From Mobula hypostoma (Eukaryota), in contig NC_086097.1 of the NCBI RefSeq assembly GCF_963921235.1, positions 217,994,001 to 218,058,000 of the forward strand: a stretch of DNA of 64,000 nt, given 5' to 3'. Position 1 is the first letter of the stretch. Every line of letters begins with the position of its first letter. Positions 25,051-37,375 of this stretch are shown here, piece after piece. Position numbers and translations under genes: made by a program. Under the pieces are notes generated by a model. The model did no database searches and was not told where the DNA came from. It saw nothing but the letters and a program-made list of their open reading frames with translations.

Positions 25051-28000
25051 CTATTACAGAACAGATACATGGGTCCACATGCTCTGCATTTGTTACTGTT
25101 ACTTCCTTTTAGTTTTAAATCTCCATTACATTTGCATTTCTGAGTTCGTATTCAACTCCATAGAAAACAATTCTAACTTTTTTATTGTCCAAATATTTTG
25201 CCTCCCATCTGGTTCAGCCAATTTTATATTATTTGTCCTTCAACGTTTGCTTGTGCGTTCCTCCAAATACATTTATCAATCTCTTCCGAGGTAGCTTATT
25301 TATAAACTTTCTGAAAATCAGTGCTTTGCTAATCTTCTATACTATCTTCAGTATTCTCTTAAATTTATGCCTACAATTGAAACAAAAAACAGCAGATGCT
25401 AAAGTCTAAAACAAAAGTAGAAAATGCTGGAGCTGCTCAATGGGTTACTGAGCTGATGGGTCAAGTCAGGATTCCTTTACCCAGAACTGGAAAAGTGGAA
25501 AAAAAACATGTATTGAGGTCTGAAGGGAGATGTCGATGATAAAGTGCTGACTAAAGATGTCAAGGTAGCAAATGGTTTAAAATTTGGCATCTGGTGACAG
25601 AAAACAAAAAAAGTAATTGAGGGATAAAAAGGGTTGTATATAATTGTTAAATTCAATATGGAAATCGTGAGGATTAATATACTCAGACGAAAATTTAGGT
25701 GCTGATCCTGGAACTTGTGTTTGGAGCAATGTAGGAAATTGACAACAGAGGCATTGGATAATGAACATCAAAGGCAGTAGTTTAGGAGTGCCCTTGTGGA
25801 CTGAACAGGTGTTCCATAAAGTGCACACTCAGTCTGCAGTTAGTTTTTCTGATACAGAGTTCAGCACATCATGAGCACTGAATAAAATGCTCTAAATTGG
25901 AAAAACTGCAAGTGAATTGTTGCTTAATGTTGATGGGTCCCTGGATGGTGGAAAGGAAAGGGCAGGTGTTAAATTTCTTGCAATTTTATTGAGAAAGTGA
26001 AAAAAAGGGAATGGAGATGGAAGATGGGACTGGAGATTCCACATGTCTCTTCATAAAGCTGAAGGGCAATTTGCTTCTACAATTGGAAACTGTTGTTCTG
26101 GTTAGTGTGGTGAAAGTTCAGGAAAAGTGTAACCCAAACCTTGCTATGGGCTTGGAAAAGAGAACATTGAGAGCATAAGTCTAGGAATATAGGCATTGAG
26201 TTGTGAATCTTCTCTAATCAAATCAAATTAACTTTAATCTTCATTCAACCATACATGGATACAGCTGAACAAAACAACATTCATCCAGGGCCAAGGTGCA
26301 AAGCTTACATGACACATTCAAAAGAGCGAGGGAAAAAAAGCATTGTCACGCAAAAAAAAACACTTATACAGCCCAAGACCCTGAATGACATGACTCTCAA
26401 ATTGATGGGATGGTTCCTGGCACTGAAGCCTGGCCTGTCATTCCACCGATCGAACACTGGAGGGCAGCACCAACAGGGTAGATCAGCCACCAACTGAGCT
26501 CGGACACCATGTTTTACTGTCTTCAGCACCTCCTCTCCTGGAATGCAGCAGCAAGCAATCCCATGGCGTGAGTCCTGGTCCTTGCTACAACTCAGACTAT
26601 GCAGCTCCCATGCCGCCTGTTATGCCACTAAACAAGGGAAACAGACCTGTGGTATCTTAAATGATCAATGTCCATTGGATAGTCTTGTGGCCGCAAGAGA
26701 ACCGTCCAGGGCAATCACTCATGGTCACACCGCATGCTTCCCTCGCACACCAACTTCGATGTCTCTAATGCATTTCCTTCAAACCTAACGTAGCTCCACC
26801 AACACCTGGCTGGCTACTTCGATCAATGAACTGCTCACTGATGGTTTAGGCCTGCATTACCTAAAGTTCTTGGAGCCCAGTACAGTCCAGTGATCATAAA
26901 AAAAATACGTTTAACAAAGGAAAAAATACCTTTGGTTGACCCCCAAGAGGTCGCTGTGTCTGAACACGTCGCCATTTATCGGGAGAATTATGAAAAAAAC
27001 CAAAGGCTTCTTAAAGGTACAGGTGTGGAAAGTCATTATCAGAGCAGCTACAACAGAGACAGAGAATGTAGAATAAGGTCCTTACAGAAAGCGGAGTAGG
27101 AAAATGTGCATTTACTGTGAAATAGTTAAGGTAGCCAGGAATTTTAGGAATATTGGTTGCTAAGGTATCTCCTGAGATGAGTATAGAGATTTCAGCAAAG
27201 AAAGGGAAGAGTCAGATGTGGATGAAGTGGAAGGGAGAACAACATGAAAATTGACAACAAATTAATGAATTTTTAATCCTGTACAAGGACAGGAAGCAAC
27301 ACCAGTACAGTTATATAAGAGAAAAAACAGATGAATGAGACTGTTCGATGTATTCAGTAAAGGTATAGGTAGAATTTACCCCATTTACATTGCTGTGGTC
27401 CACCACTGACTTGGAGAAATTAACTGGAAATGAAAGAGAAGCTGTTCAATGTAAGAACATGTTTAGCCAGCTAAAGGAAATTAGTAGAAGGGGATTTATT
27501 GGATCTTTGAGAAAGAAAGAAGGGCCATCAGATCATCTGTAAGATGGAAGCACAGAAGAATTATACATGCATTGTAGTAAAGATGAGTTAATTGGGATTA
27601 GGAAATTGGAAAAAGTTAAAGTGCCAGAAGATGTCAGAGGAATCATGGATGTGAAAAGGAACTGGACAAGGTTATCCTAGTTTCAATTTGTTTTGTTCTT
27701 GTTGCTCATAAGTCTCCAATTTCTGTTTTATTTTTAGAAGTAATTGTTACCATGATAGCTTTAATTAGTACTACATTACAAACATTCCTTCTGTTCTCGC
27801 AGCCTTCCACCTCTTCTCAACTTAAAGCATGCTGCCAGATCTGCTGAGTGCTTCTTGCATTTATTTTTATGCATATAACAAAGCTGTGCTGGCATATTTA
27901 TTATGAAAAATACTTGGAATTAATGTTTTTATTTAACTTGCATAAGTCTAATGGACTAGACTTAAAAGATTCAAAGGTTCATAAAGGTTCAAAGGTTCAT

Positions 28001-30094
28001 TTTAGTATCAACGGATGTATGCAGAATACAACCCCAAACACCCCCAACCCACCCTCGCATAAAAACTAACAGATTACCTAAACTCCCAGCTTGCCAATTG
28101 GCAATAAGAAAGAATGGGCAAGAACATGAAAAAAACATAAAACTGAAAGGGACCAATATGAACTACAGTCCTAACCATAAATCCCAGAATTTTGATAACA
28201 CCTCCATTGGGAACCAGTGGCTTCTCCGATGGAAGCGACTCGAACAAGCGGGCTCTCTGACGGATGCGACTCGATGCAGCTAACTATGAGAACTGCTCAC
28301 TCTCCTCCACATTTGCTTTGATGTTTCAATCTTCCTCGATGCTTTAATTGGCGAGAAATGTAGTCATTCATGGCCCCTCATCTCATCTCTGCATTTCTCC
28401 TTGTGGTTATCTGGTTTGTTGTTTGATTTGTATTTTCAGTGTTGCTTCACTGAGTGCTTATTTTTATAAATTGTTGGTTAGGCCAACATTTACCACTTGT
28501 TCTCAATTATTATTGTGAAGGTGCCAGTCAAACACCTTTATAAATTGTGGTCCGTGAGATTAAAGTCCACCAGATAGGAAGTTCCAAGATTTACCAGATC
28601 CAGCAATGATAATGGAATGATGTGCAACTTCAGAGGAGCTTGGAGACGGTGATTTGTTTTTCCATTCACCTGTTTACTTTGTGCCTCCAGGTGGCAGAGT
28701 TTATGATTTTGGGAGATGATGCCAATAACATCTTACTGAGTTGTTGTAGTGCCTATTCTACTTTTGACAGAGTAGAAGGTGTATTGAGAACAAAAAACTG
28801 GAGAAATTATTAGGTCAAGCAATATCTGTGGAAGTCAAAGGTGTCAGTCCATGTTTTGGGTTGGGATCAGGACTGAAAAAATATTGCCAGTATATAGCAG
28901 TATAGGGGGAGGGGTGAAATTGGTGTAACTAGATTGGGAGGAGATGGTGGGTAAATGTAACCAGGACAGGGTAGGCAGGGTTGTATGTCATTTTAACACT
29001 CCTTTCCACTCCCACACCAACCTGTCTGTCATGCATTGCTATGGAGAAGCCAAACATAAATTAGAAGCTCTTCCAGTGTCTGCAACCTCTTTGTCTTCTT
29101 AGAAGGTATATATGTTGATTTGGGGATGGTGGAAAAGTTTTGGGTAATAGAGAGAGGAATCATCTGCAGCAGAAAAGCCACTATCTAATCTTTTCTTTTG
29201 GATGTAGTATACAGCTGGTCGCTGGTGACTACCACCCTTGAAATTGCCGATTTTGTGAGAATTCTGGATCTTAGTATCATTCTTTCATGACAACTATTGC
29301 ACTCTTTGATAATAAATGTACTTTGAACTTTGATACCAGTCTGTAATGAGTGCTGTAACCAAAGTCTGTATACAATTTTGAGATTTGTTTCCTTACAGAC
29401 AGCCACAAAACAAAGAAATGTAATAGAACCCATTTTAAAAAAAGACCGTCAAAAACTCAGTGTGCAGGAAAACAAACAAACAGTGCAAGCAAATAACATT
29501 TAGAACTGAAGTTCATGAAATTTGGTCCACAGCAATGAAGCCAGTCACAGCCAATCCAGGAACCTGTTAACTGCAGGCCACAGCTTCAGTTCAGCATATA
29601 GACAAGTAAACTGTGCGGAGCAGCGAGCTAAACACCGACCCATCCCTCACTTACAGCCCCGACGCCCTGACCTATCAATCTGGCTTGAAGCTTAAATCGG
29701 CCAAACATTGGGTCATTCCTTGCTGTGAAGCCCAGACCTGTGCCACCTTCATTCAGTCTATACTTAACCTTTCCAATTTTGCCCAGTGCTTAAATTGGTC
29801 AAACCTCTGCCTGTTCCTTGCTCTTGGGCCTGGGTCCTGCCACCTTGATCTAGCCCGTACCCATCACGTCACAACCATTCTGCATCTTCAAGACTAAAGT
29901 TGACACTGCAAAAATGCCAAATTGTATAGGAGATTGCAGTGATCGGTTTTGAGAACAAGTGTGATTAGTAAAGTAGTTAATTTTCTGCTGCCAGGAAGTT
30001 GCCGCTGTACTTCACTAGTGCCATCTTAAACCGTGTATCTTCTAAACTCTTTATAACTCGTATACATAGTATGTCAATCACTTTATCAACTATA

Positions 30095-32000
30095 TTTAGA
30101 TAATGAAGTAGTTGTTATTCCAGATGTGATGCAGCACAGAAATCCCAATAAAAGATAAAGAACACAGTAATTAAATAATAATATGGAAAAACACACAATA
30201 AATATAAATATTATGATGGCTTGTATGCATTGAATGGATGTCCATAAAGTGACGGCTCGGCTGCACATAAAGTTGACTGATGGGAAATAATAAGGTATTG
30301 GTGGAGTTAGTGAGTGGAGGTGTTGATCAGCCTTGCTGCTTGGGGTAAGTAACTGTTTTTGAGTCTGGTGTGGATGCTACATGGCCTCCTTCCTGATGGG
30401 AGTGGGACATGCAGACCATGAACAGAATGTGTGGGATCATTTATGATGTTACTGGCCCTCTTCCAGCACCTTTCTGTATGTATGTCCTTGATGGGGCAGG
30501 TAGGCTGGTGCCAGTAATGCATTGGACAGTTTTGACCACCTGTTGTAAAGCCCTCCTGTCCGCTGCAGTGCGGTTTTTGGACCAAGCAGTGATGTAACCT
30601 GTTAGGATGCTCTCTACTGTGCATCTGTAGAATGACATGAGTTTGAATGTGCAAAGTATAGCTCTCTTCAGCCTCCTCAGAAAGTAGAGGCACTACTGAG
30701 TTTTCTTGACTGTGAAGGGTATGTCTGGGACCATGAGAGGTTGTGTGTGATATGCACTCCTCGCAGTTTGAAACTGCTTGCAACTTCCGCTTACATAGAA
30801 ACATAAAGACATAGAAAATAGGTGCAGGAGTAGGCTATTCGACCCTTCGAGCCTGCACTGTCATTCAGTATGATCATGGCTGATCATCCAACTCAACCAT
30901 GTACCAGCCTTCCCTCCATACCCCCTGCTCCCTTTAGCCTTATGTCCTTCCTTTCTATTGCGCTAATCTCATCTTTAACCAGCAACACCACCCCACCTCC
31001 TTTTCTTTCACGTCTATCCCTCCTGAATATTGAATATCCCTGAATGCTGAGCTCCCATCCTTGGTCACCTTGGAGCCATGTCTCTGTGATCCCAACTATA
31101 TCATATTCATTAATAACAATCTGCACTTTTAATTCATCCACCTTGTTACAAAGGCTCCTCGCATTGACACACAAATTCTTCAGGCTTGCTTTTACAGCAC
31201 TCTTAGCCCTTATACAATTATGTTGAAAAGTGGCCCTTTTTGATTTTTGCCCTGGATTTGCCGGCCTGTCACTTTTACTTTTCACCTTACTACTTTTTGC
31301 CTCTATCCTCATTTTACACCCCTCTGTCTCTCTGCACTTGTTCCCATCCCCCTGTTGTGAACGAACCTCCTCTCTCCTAGTCCCTTTAATTTGATTCCCA
31401 CCCCCCAACCATTCTAGTTTAAAGTCACCTCAGTAGCCCTTGCAAATCTCCCCGCCAGGATATTGGTCCCCCTAGGATTCAAGTGTAACCCGTCCTTTTT
31501 GTATAGGTCACACCTGCACCAAAAAGGACGGGTTACACTTGAATCCTTCTGTATCAATGATGTAAAACCAGGTGTTAGTGGTATGAATTCTGAAGTTGGC
31601 AACTATCTTCTTGTCTTGTTGACGTTGAAGAAGAGGTTATTTGCCTGGCTGCTCTTTCTAGGCCCCCCCTCATCGATTTTGGCATTGAGCCCCACCCCCA
31701 TCCTGTCATTTGCGAGCTTTACGATATAACTACTGGAGTGTTTGTCCAAGCAGTCACGTATGAGCAGGTGTATACAGTGATAGGCTCAGCACACAACCCT
31801 GGGGGGCAGTGGTGTTGAGAGTGATGGGGGTAGGTAGGGGTGCTTGTGCATCTTGGTTGTCTGAGTCTGCTGGTTAGGAAATTCCCCCCCAGTTGCACAG
31901 TGGTGTATTTAGACTGAGGAGTAGGAGTTTGTTCACCAAGGTTTGTAGGACAATAATGCGGAATGCTGAACTGAAATCCAGAAACAACATTCTGACATAA
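30095..32000 (-). mobile_element. Rex1/Babar LINE remnant split by a CR1 insertion
   Basis: FYRCTVESILT, ALQQVVKT at 30300-30790; PQGCVLS and FLDFSSAF resume at 31550-32000. Confidence 0.8.
30793..31547 (-). mobile_element. Internally deleted CR1: ORF1 esterase end plus ORF2 APE start plus 3' UTR
   Basis: YKKDGLHLNPRGTNILAGRF (SGNH-type DxxH), NARSLCNKVDEL, VGITETWL, then a jump near 30940 to the 3' UTR and an octamer-like tail. Confidence 0.85.
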
Positions 32001-32019
32001 AATGTCAAAAACTTATTAT

Positions 32020-32581
32020 TGTTGTAGCGTGGATGAAATTACTGGAGAGACAGTCACTGGTAGCTACAAAGCAGCTTCTTTATTTGACACAACAAGGTAC
32101 AGTAGGTATCTTATGGACGGAGACACTTTCCGCAGAAAGGTCTGCTAGCTAAATGTGGGCTCAATATTTATCTGCTAAACACAAAGGCAATCACTATTTA
32201 AAAAGTTACAGACAATGCATAGACAATGCTTCCTATTGAAGCTACGTACAAAATCTCACACCATCCTTTCCTCCCGACGCCAACATGTCTGGGTTGGTAT
32301 CTACAGCCTTTAGGAATGTAAGTTAAGTCTACGATACATTTATTTGGCATTTCCCGTGCTAACATAGAAGACAATTAATACGATTAATATGTATAATGTA
32401 TAGGTGATACTGCCTTCGAAACTACAGTATCAGGTCAAACTACCAGAAGTATCTGGTATTCACACCTTTTAGGAAGCCATTGTGGTGGATTCAATCCACA
32501 GTCCTTTGTCAAACAATTAAAATAGAAGTCTGGTGGCCAAAGTCATTCAAGTGTCCACCCAAAAAGAAGTCCACTCTGACA
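32020..32581 (-). repeat. 3' LTR (562 bp)
   Basis: Direct repeat of 36692-37264; preceded on the minus strand by the PPT aagaggagggac (32582-32593). Confidence 0.95.
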
Positions 32582-33324
32582 GTCCCTCCTCTTGGCCCTC
32601 CTGGACAAATTAAATTTGTATCGGGAAAGGCCAATCTAGGAGGATCTGCTCAAATAGGGCAGCAAAAATGCCCTGTCTCGAATTTCCCCCCCAATTTTAT
32701 GTACCTCGATATCTATCCTAGCATTACCTAATTGCTACCTACCAAATGTTAAGCAGAGAGGCTGTTCCAAGTCTTTAGAAATGCGGCTCCTTTGGTGTGC
32801 CTGCTCTTTCTCTGCAGGCTGACTGCAGCTTAATTGCATTCTTTTGCCTTCAGCCCTTTATCTTCTGGTCGCTGAAACTCTCCTTCCAGGAGCACTCACG
32901 GGCTCTCTCATCGATGTACAGGAAGGGATTGGGGTGGCCTCTACATAAATGTCTGCAAGGATCTCTCCCTGGTGGCACCCCCTTCCGAACTGTCCGGACG
33001 ATCACTGGCCCAACTGCTGAAAAGGGCCCAGCTCCGCAAACTCGGGGTGACTGCTTTCAGATGCCACGTGCAGTCTGAAATGCCATCAAAGTGGTGGAAC
33101 TTGCCATCTCTGCTTTAACTCAAAAATCCCTCCGCATTTATTTCCCAAATAATTTTCTATACTATGCTATAAAATTAATCATCTACCTTCAGCAACCAGC
33201 CTTCTTTACAGAGTACCATTGTCATCACACTTTAGCAGGCTATTCATGGTTTTCCAACACGTTCTCAGTGTCTTCTGCCATGCTCTCAGCGTTTTCTGCC
33301 TTTGCGTTTTCTCCGGGTATGTTT

Positions 33325-34860
33325 TCATCTGCTGTGGTCAGGTCTGGCATGGCTGGCTGGTGTTCCTCTCTTAAGGTTCTCTGTAATTACATGGTTACTG
33401 GGTACACTTGGTTCCCCACTCCGTCTGTGGGAGCAACAAGAGGGTGAGTTGTATGCTTTAACCTGAGTCCAGTGTTTCCACTGGCTGCCTCGCCAAGTCT
33501 GTACACAGACACACGTATCATTCGTTAAGAGTACTGTCTGTGGACCTATCCACCTGGGGGCAAACCCTGGCCTTTCTGGCAGCACCCTCACCATAACTTG
33601 GTCGCCAGGCTGTGGAAGAACTATCCCTTTTCCCTCTGGCTCTTTGTGATCAGCGATTTGCTGTTATTGTTTCGCTCGGTCATTTAATACTTTAAGTTGA
33701 CAGTAACTTTTCCCCCTGCTTTTTGGCAGGGGCCCTGTGAAGTCTATCTGGATGTTTTCCCAGGGTCCCCTCGGCCGAGGCTGATTTGCCAGCTGTAGCT
33801 TTCTGCCCTTACCAGGGTTATGCTGGGCACAAATGATACAACGGTGGCAGAATTTCTCAATATCCCCGCCCATCCCTGGCCACCACCAGTCCTGCTGGAG
33901 GGTTGTGATCATGCACTCCCTTCCCTGATGCATCGCCCCATGATAAAACTTTAGTAGTATCTGTCTAGTACAGGGTGGGGCCACCGTGACTGTTTCCTCC
34001 CCGTGTGTCCAGCACCCATCTGATCCCTCCTTTGCTCTTTTTCTCCTCCATTTTTCCTTCTCTTCTGCCTCTACCTCTTCATATAATTTTACTAAACTGG
34101 CTTCTGTCGTTTCCTCCTGCACACTTGCAATTTCAATTGCCTCTTGTTCCTCTGCTGCCTTCTTCGCAGCAATGTCTGCTGTCAGAGGAACTGGGAAAAC
34201 TTTATGTTCTGGAGTGGCCGCAGTCTCTCTGAGTATCCCCTGGTGTTTTTGTTTCTTTGCTATACCCTGAACAGCAGTCAGTGTGTCAGTTTGTATATGG
34301 TCCTGCTTAGGGGGTTTATACAGACCCTCCTCTATTTTAACTGGGTTTATCTTCACCTGCCCACAATCTTGCTTGTCTCTAGCCCACACTGCTAGGAACT
34401 GCTGACAAGGTAACCCATAGATATCATCCTGGCTCCAGTCTCTGATCAGGGCGGCTGCACCTATGCTAGCCGGGCTGTGTATTCTGTTGGTTGTATGCAT
34501 TTACTTCCATATGACTTGTCCATATTATTTCTCCCTTTCCTGAATCTATAACTGCTCCTGCTTCCCTTAAGATGTCTATTCCAAGAATCGTGCCCTCATT
34601 GTTTGGACATACCCATATCGGGACATGGCTGGAGACAGTGTCCAAAAGGGAGGGGGGAAAACCCATAGATATCATCCAGAAATACACTGGGAGCTGCACT
34701 CCCCCGATTTCTAGTATTTGCTTCTCGCTTCTTTCTGCTTTTACTGTTTTCCCTCGGTAAGGGTAAGTCTGTTATCGATACCGATGCCCCTGTGTCCACT
34801 AACATACTGCATTGTCCCCTTAACAATGCCGTTATGTGCATCCGTGAGCCATCAGAGCTG
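33325..34860 (-). pseudogene. pol: pro-pol pseudogene with large deletions
   Basis: Protease LVDTGAS and ILGIDIL; RNase H end ADIAAKKAA; integrase HHCC (H-GAMH..WWWPGM..C-IIC), QIDFTGPLP, then GPY/F-type PGDQVMV..PRWIGP. RT core and most of the DDE core are missing. Confidence 0.88.
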
Positions 34861-34893
34861 GCCCTGGAGCCCGCTGCCACATCCTTTTCTGCC

Positions 34894-36317
34894 TTAAGAG
34901 GCGCTGTCACTAACTCTTTGATCTGATCGACAGTCAAACTGGTTGCTAATGGGGTGAGTGACTGGGTGTCTGCCGTGACCTTTGCCTGGGTTTTCCCCCC
35001 TCCCTTTTGGACACTGTCTCCAGCCATGTCCCGATAGGCCACAGCTGCAGCATATCAACTCCTTCACTGTTTTATACGTGGTACGGCAGTCCTTTGCCAA
35101 GTGCCCTGGCTGCCGGCAAGCAAAGCAAGCCCTCCGGGACATCACGGCAGCTGCATCCACTATACCCACTTTACGATTTCTCTTGCTTTTTCTTTGGTCT
35201 ATCTCACTGGCCTACTGTTATGCCTAAATCCAAAACTTCCTGGTGGGTTGAACTCAGGCCTTCCTTCAGCAGTTTTAGGAAGACTGGGTCGTCCTTCCCT
35301 GGGCTATCCAACCTGGAATACTCCTCGTATACTCGGTATTCACTTTCTGCATAATCCATGGCTGTCTCGTCAGCTTTTTGAATCACTGCCATTATCGTTC
35401 CCCAGCTACTCTCGCCTCTCCCCAGGCGCTGCCTCATTTCCCCTTTAAAAGAGCGATATCTTTCTTCATTACTGGCACTCCCGGTAGTTGTCCATGTACC
35501 ATCCCGCATCCCCTGGGCCATCCTGTCCCACATATTCCTTGGGCACTTGGCTTTCACTAACACATGTATATCTTTAGTCATAGTCATATTCATAGTAATC
35601 CTTCATTATTCCCGGGGGAAATTGGATTTCATTACAGTTGCTCCATAAATAATAAATAGTAATAGAACCATAAATAGTTGAATAGTAATATGTAAATTAT
35701 GCCAGTAAATTATGAAATAAATCCAGGACCAACCTATTGGCTCAGGATGTCTGACCCTCCAAGGGAGGAGTTGTAAAGTTTGATGGCCACAGGCAGTAAT
35801 GACTTCCTATGATGCTCAGTGCTGCATTTCGGTGGAATGAGTCTCTGGCTGAATGTACTCCTGTGCCCACCCAGTACATTATGTAGTGGATGGGAGACAT
35901 TGACCAAGATGGCATGCAACTTAGACAGTATCCTCTTTTCAGACACCACCGTGAGAGAGTCCGGTTCCATCCCCACAACATCACTGGCATCTGGTGAATT
36001 TCAACCATTTCCTCCAGTTTGCACCAGAATTCTGAATTCCCACAGGCGACTTTAAGTGAGGGCAACTCGGACAAAATGCTCTGTTTCTCCCCGGGGCTGA
36101 AGGGCTTATGAATAGTCGTAATCAAGGTCAAGGGCTGGCTCAAATCGTCAGGGTTCTCAACCTGACGTTGCCTGACCTTGATAGGTGCCATTCTGGTAGG
36201 TTTAGCTGGGTAAAACCTCGCCCTGAGATATCTCCATGCTAATTCCCACACTACGCAAAATATAAAACTGCAGAGTATGTATTCCACAATCTGCCAATTT
36301 TGAGTACCCGAACTCAT
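34894..36317 (-). pseudogene. gag: gag pseudogene (capsid-like region, two CCHC knuckles)
   Basis: HKPFSPGEK..L capsid-start-like motif, MHR-like IQKADET..DYA, CFACRQPGHLAKDC and CCSCGLSGHGWRQC; interrupted by a Rex fragment and frameshifts. Confidence 0.8.
35575..35988 (-). mobile_element. Rex1/Babar 3' fragment inserted into gag
   Basis: Nearly identical to 37390-37770; (atgact)n-like tail. Confidence 0.9.
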
Positions 36318-36671
36318 GATGCCTACTGTATTCCTCTGCATCACACTTGCACACGCATACACTAAAATGCAGCTCCCCGAACGAGTATACACGCCCCTCT
36401 GGCGTCCCAAATCGTACCGTTGGTTACCACCTTTCGCAACTGGTGGCTCCAAGTTAACCAAGTCAACATGCAAAGATTTTTCACTTACATAAATACACAT
36501 GCACACGTACACACTACTTTAATATCTACCAGTTCAGCTCTCCACATTTGTGATACCTCGTGTTCCCGTGTGTCCACCGACTGAACGGATCCAAGTGTGA
36601 GTGTTATTTTCGAAAAATACTCACCAACTTAGACTGCTAGGAACGCTGGCCACACTACGGGTCACGAAGGT

Positions 36672-36689
36672 ATCCCACTTCTGACACCA
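36672..36689 (-). promoter_or_regulatory. Primer-binding site, tRNA-Leu type
   Basis: TGGTGTCAGAAGTGGGAT, 2 nt from the LTR end; complementary to the 3' 18 nt of vertebrate tRNA-Leu as I recall it. Confidence 0.85.
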
Positions 36690-36691
36690 AA

Positions 36692-37264
36692 TGTTGTAGC
36701 ATGGATGAAATTACCGGAGAGACAGTCACTGGTAGATACAAAGCAGCTTCTTTATTTGACACAACAAGGTACAGTAGGCATCTTACGGACGGAGACACTT
36801 TCCGCAGAAAGGTCTGCTAGCTAAACGTGGGCTCGATATTTATATGCTAAACACAAAGGTAATTGCTACTTAAAAAGTTACAGACAATGCATAGACAATG
36901 CTTCCTATTGAAGCTACATACAAAATCTCACGCTATCCTTTCCTCCCGATGCCAACATGTTGGGTTGGTATCTACAGCCTTTAGGAATGTAAGTTAAGTC
37001 TACGATACAGTTATTTGGCATTTCCCGTCCTAATACAGAAGACAATTAATGCAATTAATATTTATAATGTATAGGTGATACTGCCTTCGAAACTACAGTA
37101 TCGGGTCAAACTACCAGAAGTATCTTGTATTCACACCTTTTAGGAAGCCCATTGTGGTGGACTCAATCCACAGTCCTTTGTCAAACAGTTAAAATAGAAG
37201 TCTGGTGGCCAAAGTCATTTAAGTGTTAACAAATCATCCACCCAAAAAGAAATCCACTCTGACA
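36692..37264 (-). repeat. 5' LTR (573 bp)
   Basis: About 29 substitutions and 3 indels versus the 3' LTR by manual count; minus-strand TATAAAT at 36838-36844 and AATAAA at 36751-36756. Confidence 0.95.
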
Positions 37265-37375
37265 ATTATAATAGTCAAAAAATGTATTTTGACTATACAG
37301 AAATCCCTGCTGAAAATTGCTTTAGATGATTGCAATAAAGATTAAGACCCGAAATTTACTTGATACTGTTGCTTT

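Larger units (their letters stand above)
32020..37264 (-). mobile_element. Endogenous retrovirus-like provirus, internally deleted
   Basis: Two TG...CA LTRs; 5-bp TSD attat (32015-32019, 37265-37269); PBS, PPT and gag-pro-(RT/RH traces)-IN order. Confidence 0.93.

Noticed and set aside
32770..33225. Accessory ORF starting MTMVLCKEGW on the minus strand of the provirus
   Set aside because: Manual translation hits several stops within 40 codons and more later; no recognisable motif.
34985..35010. Programmed -1 frameshift site between gag and pro
   Set aside because: The G/A run is not a canonical X XXY YYZ in the gag frame; an indel in the G run explains the frame change equally well.
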